Source of the DNA: Fimbriimonadales bacterium
Lineage (GTDB): Bacteria > Armatimonadota > Fimbriimonadia > Fimbriimonadales > JABRVX01
Direction: 5' to 3'
Length of the DNA: 28,674 nt
NCBI GenBank assembly: GCA_045862955.1
Contig: BTVI01000039.1
Location: 1 to 28,674 of the forward strand
Both the position numbers and the translations under genes were made by a program. The notes beneath the pieces were generated by a model. It was not told where the DNA came from. It worked only from the letters and a program-made list of their open reading frames with translations, and did no database searches. Below are positions 7,671 through 15,431 of this stretch, in pieces; position 1 is the stretch's first letter; the number at the start of each line of letters is the position of its first letter.

Positions 7671-8489
7671 CTACACGAAGTGAACTCCCAGGAATCGGAG
7701 CTCGCGGCCTTCAGCGTCTCGCACAATGATCATGTCTTGCTGCCTTGAGGTTCCTTGCTGAAACTCGAAGTGGAGCCTGCGACCGTCTCGGGTCACTTGC
7801 TCGCCGGACTGGTGAAGGGCAGTTATGCTCTCTGCAAAAGCTGATTTGGAGTTCTCCTTCCGCCAGCCAGGAGCCAAGCAGAAGACCTCGTAGGCTTCCT
7901 TCAAGCCCAAGAGCTGGGTCTGCGGATTACGTCTCGCTTTCCATGCGCCGTACAGTGCCTCGAGCAACTCCGCAGTCTTAGCTTCCTGAAGCCGCCGGCG
8001 CGTTGACGCCAACCTATCCGCAACGAATGAGGGCCTGATCTCTGGCACGCGCTTCTTGCCCTGTGAAAGAGCCCCGTCTGCGGGTCGGGCGCGCAGGGCG
8101 ACCGGCGTACTCACCAACTCGCTTCCTTCAATACGCGCTCGCATACCGTGCCTCTCTTGCAGCGCACTGGCAATCTCCTTCTGCCAGTGGCCTTCCTGGA
8201 GGTATCGCTCGACATCAAAGCTCCATCTGGATAAGGCCGCTACCGCTTCCTGGAGACGCGTTGCGGCATCACGTGCAGTCTCAGCGTTCTTTTTGATCTG
8301 CGCCATGTGGCCCACCGCGCAAGACTTCCGCCACTGCTTCAGCGCGCTACTGACCTTGGCTGCTTGGCTCAAAGCATCCTTCAGTCCGTCCTCAAGCTCC
8401 GCCAAAGCCGGCTCAAGGAACAGCTCACCCTGGATTGGCTCCTGGTCAGCCGTAACAGTGTCCGATGCAAATAGACCACCCGCTTCCAC
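7671..8489 (-). CDS. Hypothetical protein (272 aa), N-terminal helical/coiled-coil region; first gene of the DUF2791-SNF2-Mrr operon
   Basis: GTG start with GGAGG upstream; stop 17 nt before the next ATG. Amphipathic helical N-half ('LEPALAELEDGLKDALSQAAKVSSALKQW'); alpha/beta C-half. Confidence 0.8.
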   Translation of the reverse strand: MEAGGLFASDTVTADQEPIQGELFLEPALAELEDGLKDALSQAAKVSSALKQWRKSCAVGHMAQIKKNAETARDAATRLQEAVAALSRWSFDVERYLQEGHWQKEIASALQERHGMRARIEGSELVSTPVALRARPADGALSQGKKRVPEIRPSFVADRLASTRRRLQEAKTAELLEALYGAWKARRNPQTQLLGLKEAYEVFCLAPGWRKENSKSAFAESITALHQSGEQVTRDGRRLHFEFQQGTSRQQDMIIVRDAEGRELRFLGVHFV

Positions 8490-8746
8490 TCCCGTACAAT
8501 CCCTCCGTCATACAGGATACGGGCAGGTTATTCGAGGTTGGCTTGCGGACTCCTTCTTCGCTCCTCGACCAGGGCAGCACCCCCTGTGACGAGCCTCCGA
8601 AGGCGGCGGTCCGACATCCGGCGAGTCGCTAACGTCGCGGTCGAGGCCTATCCCGCCCCGGAGCTAGTAAACGGACGTGCGGGCGCTCTGGTCGGAGTTG
8701 CACTCTTGAATCTGGCTATTCGCGACATGGCCGCGGCACCGCACAA

Positions 8747-8790
8747 CCCTCACCCCAGCCCTCTCCCTTGGGGAGGGAGAGGGAGGGGGC
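8747..8790. repeat. REP-like palindrome (family D, CCCTCACCCCAGCCCTCTCCC...GGGAGAGGG) downstream of gpmA
   Basis: CCCTCTCCC/GGGAGAGGG stem. Reverse-orientation relatives at ~28190-28238 and ~28613-28660. May also act as a 3' stabiliser or terminator for gpmA. Confidence 0.7.
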
Positions 8791-8824
8791 TCTTCCCTTT
8801 TGAAGTGGTAAGTAGGGGGTGGGA

Positions 8825-9574
8825 CTACGACTTTGCTTTGCCTTGGGCGGCGACGGCGGCTTGGGCTGCGGCGACGGCCTCGGGATCGCCCAGGTAGTAG
8901 CGGTCTAGAGGGCGGAGGTCGGCATCCAGCTCGTACACAAGCGGAATGCCGGTGGGGATGTTCAGCCCGACGATGTCTTCGTCCGACACGTCGTCCAGGT
9001 ACTTCACCAGCGCGCGCAGGCTGTTACCATGTGCCGCGATGATAACACGCTTGCCGGATTTCACCGTGGGACCGATATTCTCATGCCAAAAGGGAAGGAA
9101 CCTCGCAACGGTATCCTTTAGGCACTCGGCACGGGGTAGCTGGTCGTCTGTTAGCTCTGCATAGCGTGGGTCGTGGCCGGGGAAGCGCTCGTCCGAAGGG
9201 TCCAGCGCGGGCGGTGGCACGTCATAGCTGCGTCGCCAGATCTTCACCTGCTCTTCGCCATACTTCTCCGCGGTCTGCGACTTGTTGAGCCCCTGCAGAG
9301 CCCCGTAGTGTCTTTCGTTCAGGCGCCACGAGTTGATGACAGGTATCCACATCAGGTCCATCTCGTCCAACACGATCCACAGCGTGCGAATGGCGCGCTT
9401 CAGTACAGACGTGTAAGCGATGTCGAACACGTAGCCCTCGCGCTTCAGCGTGCGTCCGGCCTCGTGCGCCTCCTCGAATCCCTTCTCGGACAGGTCCACA
9501 TCCGTCCAGCCGGTGAACAGGTTTTCCTTGTTCCACACGCTCTCGCCATGCCGAAGCAGAACCACCTTGTACAT
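8825..9574 (-). CDS. gpmA: 2,3-bisphosphoglycerate-dependent phosphoglycerate mutase (249 aa)
   Basis: Start reassigned to ATG 9574 (SD AGGAGG). Motifs [64 protein letters not shown]. Confidence 0.97.
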   Translation of the reverse strand: MYKVVLLRHGESVWNKENLFTGWTDVDLSEKGFEEAHEAGRTLKREGYVFDIAYTSVLKRAIRTLWIVLDEMDLMWIPVINSWRLNERHYGALQGLNKSQTAEKYGEEQVKIWRRSYDVPPPALDPSDERFPGHDPRYAELTDDQLPRAECLKDTVARFLPFWHENIGPTVKSGKRVIIAAHGNSLRALVKYLDDVSDEDIVGLNIPTGIPLVYELDADLRPLDRYYLGDPEAVAAAQAAVAAQGKAKS

Positions 9575-9676
9575 CGTCGCGCCTCCTGGTTCCGGACTGT
9601 GAAGGTCTGAACGAATGATACCGCGAAGGGGGAAGGGGCGAGGCCGCGCTGGGCCGCTGGCTCCAAGATAGGGCAG

Positions 9677-9770
9677 AGCGCGGGCAGGCCCGCGATGGTG
9701 AAAAGCGCGGGCAGGCCCGCGCACTCCCAAAGCGATGGTGAAAAGCGCGAGCAGGCTCGCGCACTCCCAG
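9677..9770. repeat. Short tandem REP-like palindromes (family E, AAAGCGCG(A/G)GCAGGC(T/C)CGCGCACTCCCA) in the divergent gpmA/mannosidase intergenic region
   Basis: Three copies of the GCGCG(G/A)GC-AG-GC(C/T)CGCG hairpin at ~9677-9694, ~9704-9729 and ~9744-9769. The last two form a 40-bp direct repeat with compensatory G-C/A-T changes in the stem. Confidence 0.75.
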
Positions 9771-9810
9771 AGTGCACTCCCGAAGTGAGCGGGGGTTAGA
9801 GAGGATACCG

Positions 9811-12210
9811 ATGGCGAAGAAACTGCATGCAATCGGGCACGCGCATATAGACCCGGTGTGGCTATGGCGCTGGCCGGAAGGGCTCGAGACTATCCGCGCG
9901 ACGTGGCGCTCCGCGCTGGACCGCATGAACGAGTATCCGGACTTTCGCTTTTCGGCGAGCTCCGCCTGGTTCTACCGCCTGATCGAGGAAGTGGACCCCG
10001 CGATGTTCAGCGAGATTCGCGAGCGGGTGCAAGAGGGGCGATGGGAGATCGCGGGTGGTTGGTGGGTGGAGCCGGATGCCAACATCCCGTGCGGCGAGTC
10101 CCTAGTGAGGCAGGCGCTGTACGGCAAGAAGTACATCCACGAGCGGTTCGGGGCCGATGTCAGTGTCGGCTTCAACCCGGACACCTTCGGGCACCCGGCT
10201 ACCCTGCCGCAGATCCTGGCAAAGACAGGCTATACCACCTACGTCTTCATGCGGCCGAGACCCGAGGAGATGGACCTACCCCCGGTGTTCACGTGGCGAG
10301 GCCCGGACGGCTCCGAGGTGTCAGCGATCAGACTTTACGACTACAACTCCCCGTGGATGTGGGGGTCGGACCCGTCGGACGCGTCCGACTACTTCCATAG
10401 CACCTTACACCATGCAGACACGTGGACCGGCGACTACGCAATGTTCTACGGCGTGGGGGACCACGGTGGAGGACCGACTAAGGCACACATAGAGCTAATA
10501 CAGCGGCTACGAGCCGCGGGCGAGCCGGTCGAGTTCGGCACACTGTCAGGCCTTGCGCAAGCCATACGTGATAGTGGTGTACAACCACCTGTCGTGGATA
10601 GCGAGTTGCAGTATCATGCTCGTGGGTGTTACTCCGCGCACTCCGAAACCAAGCGGCACAACCGAAGGGTGGAACACCTGCTGATGGCAGCAGAACGTCT
10701 TTCTTCGATGGCCTGTCTCGCTGTGGGCAGGGAGCCACGCGACCTCGCCGATGCATGGCAGCACCTGCTGACCAACCAGTTCCACGACGTGTTAGCAGGC
10801 ACCAGCCTGCCGACGGCCTATCAGGATTCCCGCGACTTTTTCGGCACCGCAGCCACTCAGGCGCAGAAGGAGATCGTTCTAGCCACACACACCATCGCCG
10901 CTACGGTCGACACCCGTGGCGAGGGAGAGGCGCTGATCGTGTTCAACAGCCTGCCCTGGCCGGTCCGTACACCTATCGAGGTGGAGGGACTGGATCCGGC
11001 GCTCTGCGACGAAGACGGCAACCCTACGCCCATCCAAGAGGTGCAAGGCGAGACCGTAACACGCAGAAGGCGCAGTTGCTTCGTGGCCGACCTGCCCCCA
11101 CTCGGCTACCGCACCTATCGCAAGCTGCCCACTGCCACCACTGAGAGCGCTATGGTGGTCACCCCTTATGCCATAGAAAGCGATCGCTGGGTGCTCGAGT
11201 TCGACCCGCGCAAGGGCGGACTGGTGAACCTATTGGACAAGGAGCACGGCGTCGCTGCTCTCAGCGGTCCTGTCAGCTTGTGTGTGCTGGACGATCAGGG
11301 CGACACGTGGGGGCACGGGTGCGACTCGCTGGGGCACACCATCGGGTGTTTCGAGGGCGCGGAGGTGGCGGTAGAGGAGCGGGGGCCGGTTCGAGCGTGC
11401 CTTCGCGTGGAAAGCGCCTACGGACGATCCTATGCCACCCAGCGCTGGTATGTCTATGCTGGACTAGACGTGATCGAATGCCGGCTGTCGGTGGATTGGC
11501 GCGAGCAGAGGAGGGCGCTCAAGCTAGCACTACCACTCGCCCTTCGCGAACCCACTGCCACCTACGAGGTACCATACGGCTGCGCAGAGAGACCTTGCGA
11601 TGGTACCGAGCAACCTGGTGGTCAGTGGATGGACCTGAGTGGTAACGCGACGTCCCTGGACGGTACTACCATACCGTACGGCATCGGCCTGCTTAACGAT
11701 GGGGTGTACGGCTTCGATGCGCAAGGCGCCACGATGCGCGCGACTGTCTTGCGTAGTCCCATTTTCGCGCACCACGATCCCAGCGAACCGAGTGCCTCGC
11801 AGAGGTATCGCTATCAGGATCTCGGCCTCCACGAGTTCGTCTTCCGACTGTTACCCCATGCAGGCACATGGCAGGAAGCTGCCCTGCCGGCTCGGGCTTG
11901 GGAACTGAACTGCCCTCCCATATGTGTGAACGAGTACGTACACGAAGGTACCCTGCCGTCCGAGTGGGCGGGGCTGTTCGCACAACCTAGCAACATACTA
12001 CTATCGGTGCTGAAAAGAGCCGAGGACGGGGGGGGCCTCATAGTGCGAGGTTACGAGACCACGGGGCACCCGACCGGTGCACGGATTGCGATTCCATCCG
12101 CGGGCATGGAGTGGCGAGTGGCATTCGGGCCGCACGAGATCCTGACGTGGCGGGTGGATGTCGCGCGAGGGACGGTCCAGGAGGTGGACCTGCTGGAGCG
12201 AGGAAGGTAG
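9811..12210 (+). CDS. Glycoside hydrolase family 38 alpha-mannosidase (799 aa)
   Basis: Start reassigned to ATG 9811. GH38 motifs [68 protein letters not shown]. No signal peptide. Confidence 0.93.
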   Translation: MAKKLHAIGHAHIDPVWLWRWPEGLETIRATWRSALDRMNEYPDFRFSASSAWFYRLIEEVDPAMFSEIRERVQEGRWEIAGGWWVEPDANIPCGESLVRQALYGKKYIHERFGADVSVGFNPDTFGHPATLPQILAKTGYTTYVFMRPRPEEMDLPPVFTWRGPDGSEVSAIRLYDYNSPWMWGSDPSDASDYFHSTLHHADTWTGDYAMFYGVGDHGGGPTKAHIELIQRLRAAGEPVEFGTLSGLAQAIRDSGVQPPVVDSELQYHARGCYSAHSETKRHNRRVEHLLMAAERLSSMACLAVGREPRDLADAWQHLLTNQFHDVLAGTSLPTAYQDSRDFFGTAATQAQKEIVLATHTIAATVDTRGEGEALIVFNSLPWPVRTPIEVEGLDPALCDEDGNPTPIQEVQGETVTRRRRSCFVADLPPLGYRTYRKLPTATTESAMVVTPYAIESDRWVLEFDPRKGGLVNLLDKEHGVAALSGPVSLCVLDDQGDTWGHGCDSLGHTIGCFEGAEVAVEERGPVRACLRVESAYGRSYATQRWYVYAGLDVIECRLSVDWREQRRALKLALPLALREPTATYEVPYGCAERPCDGTEQPGGQWMDLSGNATSLDGTTIPYGIGLLNDGVYGFDAQGATMRATVLRSPIFAHHDPSEPSASQRYRYQDLGLHEFVFRLLPHAGTWQEAALPARAWELNCPPICVNEYVHEGTLPSEWAGLFAQPSNILLSVLKRAEDGGGLIVRGYETTGHPTGARIAIPSAGMEWRVAFGPHEILTWRVDVARGTVQEVDLLERGR

Positions 12211-12285
12211 GCCCGCCGGAGCCGCGTAGCGCTGTTACTGCCCCGGTCAGGAGAGACCCTCGGTGAGATGGGGAGAGGGTTCTCT

Positions 12286-13143
12286 TGGATTCCTGTCTTC
12301 GCGGGAAGGACTTGTCCGTGCCCCGGCGCGGTCCTTGGGTTCGCTTCGTGACCGCGGTGCTGCCAACCGGCGGACGCGGGCCGGGGCATGGGACGTCCAG
12401 GCATGGAAACCTCGGTTGCCTCGACGTTCGGCTACTCGCGTGGTCGCTGCACGATAGCGTGGCGCCAGGCGGCAGCCGAAACGTCTAGGCATGGAGTGCG
12501 CGGCGACGAGGTCATGCTTCGACAGGCTCAGCATGACGAAGCTCAGCAGGACGGTATTGGTTGCGACCGGTGGACGGCTTCCGATGACATCGTTCGGGCT
12601 CGACACCTGGCAACGCCAACACCGAACACCCCTGACCGTCTACCTTTCCCGCCGCACCGGCTACCACCACACCCCTACCCATCACACCTTACCCGTCACA
12701 CCCTACCCGCCGCACCGGCTACCCACCACACCCTTCCCGTCACACTCCTACTGGTCACACCCTTCCCGCCACACCCTTCCCGCCGCACCGGCTACCCGTC
12801 ACACCCTTCCCGCGACACTCCTACCCGTCACGCCCTTCCCGTCACACTCCTACTCGTCATGCTGAGCTTGTCGAAGCATGCAACCGCAAGCCGCAGACGT
12901 TGCATCGGAGGCCGCCACCATGCCGACGGCGAGGGCGCACAGACGCGGGGGTTCCGTCTCTCGCCCCGGCGCGGTCCTTGGGTTCGCTTCGTGACCGAGG
13001 TGACGCCAAGTGGCGGACGCGGGCCGGGGCATGGAGAAAACGTCCAGGCATGGAAAACCTCGGTTGCCTCGACGTTCGGCTGCTCGGGTGGTCGCTGCAC
13101 GATAGCGTGGCGCCAGACGGCAGCCGAAACGTCTAGGCATGGA
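12286..13143. repeat. Composite repeat island between convergent genes (families A, B, C, an ATTCCC-type REP and a C-rich minisatellite)
   Basis: TGGATTCCTGTCTTCGCGGGAAGGAC at ~12286-12311. Family B at 12318-12389 and 12961-13032. Family C (TGCCTCGACGTTCGGCT...CAGCCGAAACGTCTAGGCA) at ~12417-12491 and ~13065-13139. Family A at 12513-12537 and inverted at 12856-12880. Degenerate 14-16-bp ACACCCTTCCCGTC units at ~12640-12858. Confidence 0.88.
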
Positions 13144-13204
13144 AGCGACGAGGCGGCGCAGGATGCGCCGCCTCGTCGGGCCAATCCGGCGAGAACGAGC
13201 TGGC

Positions 13205-14116
13205 CTACTCTACGGTGTCCCAGAGGAAGCGGTCGTAGTCGATCACGTTGTCGTAGTTCGCGTTCATGCCGTCCACCAGGGTGGCCACTCGGACGCTCTT
13301 CACGTGCCCGTCCAGGAACGCCACGGTGAAGCCTTCGCCGAACGGATGGAACGGGAACGCCTTGCCGAAGGCTATGGGTGAGGTGGAGCAAGCCGCGTTG
13401 TTCGGGTCACCGCGGGCCACCGAGTAGCAGGCCCAACCGAGCTGCGTAGTCGAGAACGGTGGGATCATGCCTACGGGCTTTCGGATGGTGGTGGGTGCGA
13501 AGGGCGAGTCCACCACGAAGCAGCCTCCGCCGGTAGGCGAGCCGTCGCTGGTGCGGCCATAGATGCTGTCCACGAAGATGAGGGTCGTCGCGGGAGCCAC
13601 CACTCCCGAGACGGATGCCAGCCAGGTCGTTGGGGCCTGTGCCGTACCGGTTTGATAGGCCAGCCAGTTGTAGTTGTAGCCTAGATTGGTGTGAAAGCCT
13701 TCGCAATACCGGCGCAGATAGGGGCGGTTCGCTGGGATGCTGACTTCACTGACGTTGCGGGGGTTGCGGACGTGATTATCGTCCGGGTCGCCGGGGCAGA
13801 TCAAGATCTCGTAGCTCCGCATGTAGCTCTGAAGGAGGGTCGGCCAAGCGACATCCTCGTTGCCTGCCGGGATCGTGAGGCCCCAGGTGGTGTCGAAGAA
13901 GCCCTTTTTGTTGGCCGGGAAGAGGTAGTCGTCGTAGTCGTTGGCGTACATGATTGCCGCCTTGACGCCTTGGTTGTGGTAGGACTGGCAGGCAGCCTGA
14001 TGGGCTTTCAGCCTTGCCTGCGAGAACACCGGGAACAGGATGCCGGCCAGGATCGCGATGATCGCGATCACCACCAACAGCTCGATGAGCGTAAAGCCTC
14101 GCTTCGCGTTTTTCAC
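13205..14116 (-). CDS. DUF1559 / prepilin-type N-terminal methylation domain protein with C-terminal H-Xn-DG motif (303 aa)
   Basis: GTG start. Motifs RGFTLIELLVVIAIIAILAGILFPVFSQAR..A.QAACQS, MYANDYDD, ICPGD, and C-terminal FHPFGEGFTVAFLDGHVK. Confidence 0.92.
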   Translation of the reverse strand: MKNAKRGFTLIELLVVIAIIAILAGILFPVFSQARLKAHQAACQSYHNQGVKAAIMYANDYDDYLFPANKKGFFDTTWGLTIPAGNEDVAWPTLLQSYMRSYEILICPGDPDDNHVRNPRNVSEVSIPANRPYLRRYCEGFHTNLGYNYNWLAYQTGTAQAPTTWLASVSGVVAPATTLIFVDSIYGRTSDGSPTGGGCFVVDSPFAPTTIRKPVGMIPPFSTTQLGWACYSVARGDPNNAACSTSPIAFGKAFPFHPFGEGFTVAFLDGHVKSVRVATLVDGMNANYDNVIDYDRFLWDTVE

Positions 14117-14472
14117 TCTCGTACACCTTTTGGCGCCGCATCCTCCCGGTCCCTCGGAGCGCGATGCCGCACATTCTCTAAGTATACGGACGGGTGAAGC
14201 CTCTCAAATCGTTCTAAGTAAAGTGATTCCAGCAGTTTGCCCTATGCGAGGGACAGTGCGGGCGAGCACTTGCCTAATACTGCGGGAACGGCTAGAATAG
14301 GCGGCGCTGAGCGTAACGAATGGGTTCGCCCGACCGTACAGGATCGCGTGTCGCCTGCGCCAGAGACGTCGAATTCCCGAAAATCGAACCGGATAGCGTC
14401 TCGTGGGCGCAGCATGAGGCGCCGGCTTGCCGTCGCCATAACCCGGTACAGGGCGCACGGATGGAGGTCTTA

Positions 14473-15411
14473 ATGCGTTGGTTGGCTGCAGTTTTGGTTT
14501 GTGCAGGGCTCGTGGCGGCAGGCCACTCGCAGCAGCCCGACAAGGATTATAGGTTCCAAGACTACGATCAGATCTTCGTGTCGCTGGCTCAGGAGCCGGA
14601 GCGAAACATCCGGGCGACAGTCGGCGGGGATGGTTACATCGATTATCCTTACATCGGCCGGGTGCTGGTTCGCGGGCGGACGGTAGCCGAGGTTCAGGAG
14701 GAGATCGTCAGCAGGCTGAAGGCGGGTGGCTACTTCGTAGCTCCCGAGGTTAGCATCACGATCGAGTCGTTCCGCAAGCCGCTGGCAACGGTGGTCGGTC
14801 AAGACACGGTGCAAAGGCCGAATGCGTACGAGTTCAGGCCAGGGCAACGTCTGCGCGACCTCATCGGCATGGCAGGCGGTCCGATCTACGGCGCCGCAGA
14901 CACCCGACGGGCTGTTCTTCAGCGCAAAGACAGCAACGAGCGCATCCCTGTGAACCTGCGGTTCCTTCTACAGGACGTGCGGGATGACCAGAACTACGAA
15001 CTGAAGGACGGGGACGTGCTGACCGTTCCGCGGGACGAGCAGAACTTCATAACCGTCATCGGGGAGGTCAACAATCCAGGGCCACAGGTGTACCGCGAAG
15101 GGATGAGAGTGACGGATGCGATTGCGGCGGCCCGCGGCGGCATTCCAGAGCGGGGACGGCTGAGCGCCATCACTCTGCTCAGGAAAGACCCGTACGACCC
15201 CGCCAAAGTGACCCAGATTCCGATTAACCTGTTCGATGCGATCAAGGACATCAATAAGGACTTGGTCTTGCAGAAGATGGACACGCTGGTGGTGCCCCGA
15301 ACGAACAACATCGACCTGCGCAACATCCGCGACCTCGCGAACGCAATTTACATCATCACTATCACGCTTCGGAATCGGCCTTTCGACGCCGTGACCGACG
15401 CACTGCGATAG
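14473..15411 (+). CDS. wza: Polysaccharide export protein, Wza/Poly_export + SLBB domains (312 aa)
   Basis: ATG 14473 preceded by GGAGG (alternative ATG at 14461). Signal peptide; 'VGGDGYIDYPYIGRVLVRGRTVAEVQEEI...YFVAPEVSI'; SLBB repeats 'LKDGDVLTVP' and 'VIGEVNNPG'. Confidence 0.85.
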   Translation: MRWLAAVLVCAGLVAAGHSQQPDKDYRFQDYDQIFVSLAQEPERNIRATVGGDGYIDYPYIGRVLVRGRTVAEVQEEIVSRLKAGGYFVAPEVSITIESFRKPLATVVGQDTVQRPNAYEFRPGQRLRDLIGMAGGPIYGAADTRRAVLQRKDSNERIPVNLRFLLQDVRDDQNYELKDGDVLTVPRDEQNFITVIGEVNNPGPQVYREGMRVTDAIAAARGGIPERGRLSAITLLRKDPYDPAKVTQIPINLFDAIKDINKDLVLQKMDTLVVPRTNNIDLRNIRDLANAIYIITITLRNRPFDAVTDALR

Positions 15412-15431
15412 GTTAGGTAGGGGGCGGCTCA

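Noticed and set aside
9575..9832. N-terminal extensions of gpmA (to 9832) and of the mannosidase (from 9772)
   Set aside because: The extensions run through family E repeats and would make the divergent genes overlap. Family-typical starts exist at 9574 and 9811.
12388..13329. 313-aa Pro/His/Thr-rich ORF
   Set aside because: It is read-through of the repeat island and minisatellite, and it overlaps the DUF1559 gene antisense.
14177..14220. TCTAAGTA direct repeat (14177-14184, 14213-14220) in the divergent DUF1559/wza intergenic region as an operator
   Set aside because: Only two 8-bp copies, no regulator nearby and no supporting promoter consensus; too weak to call.
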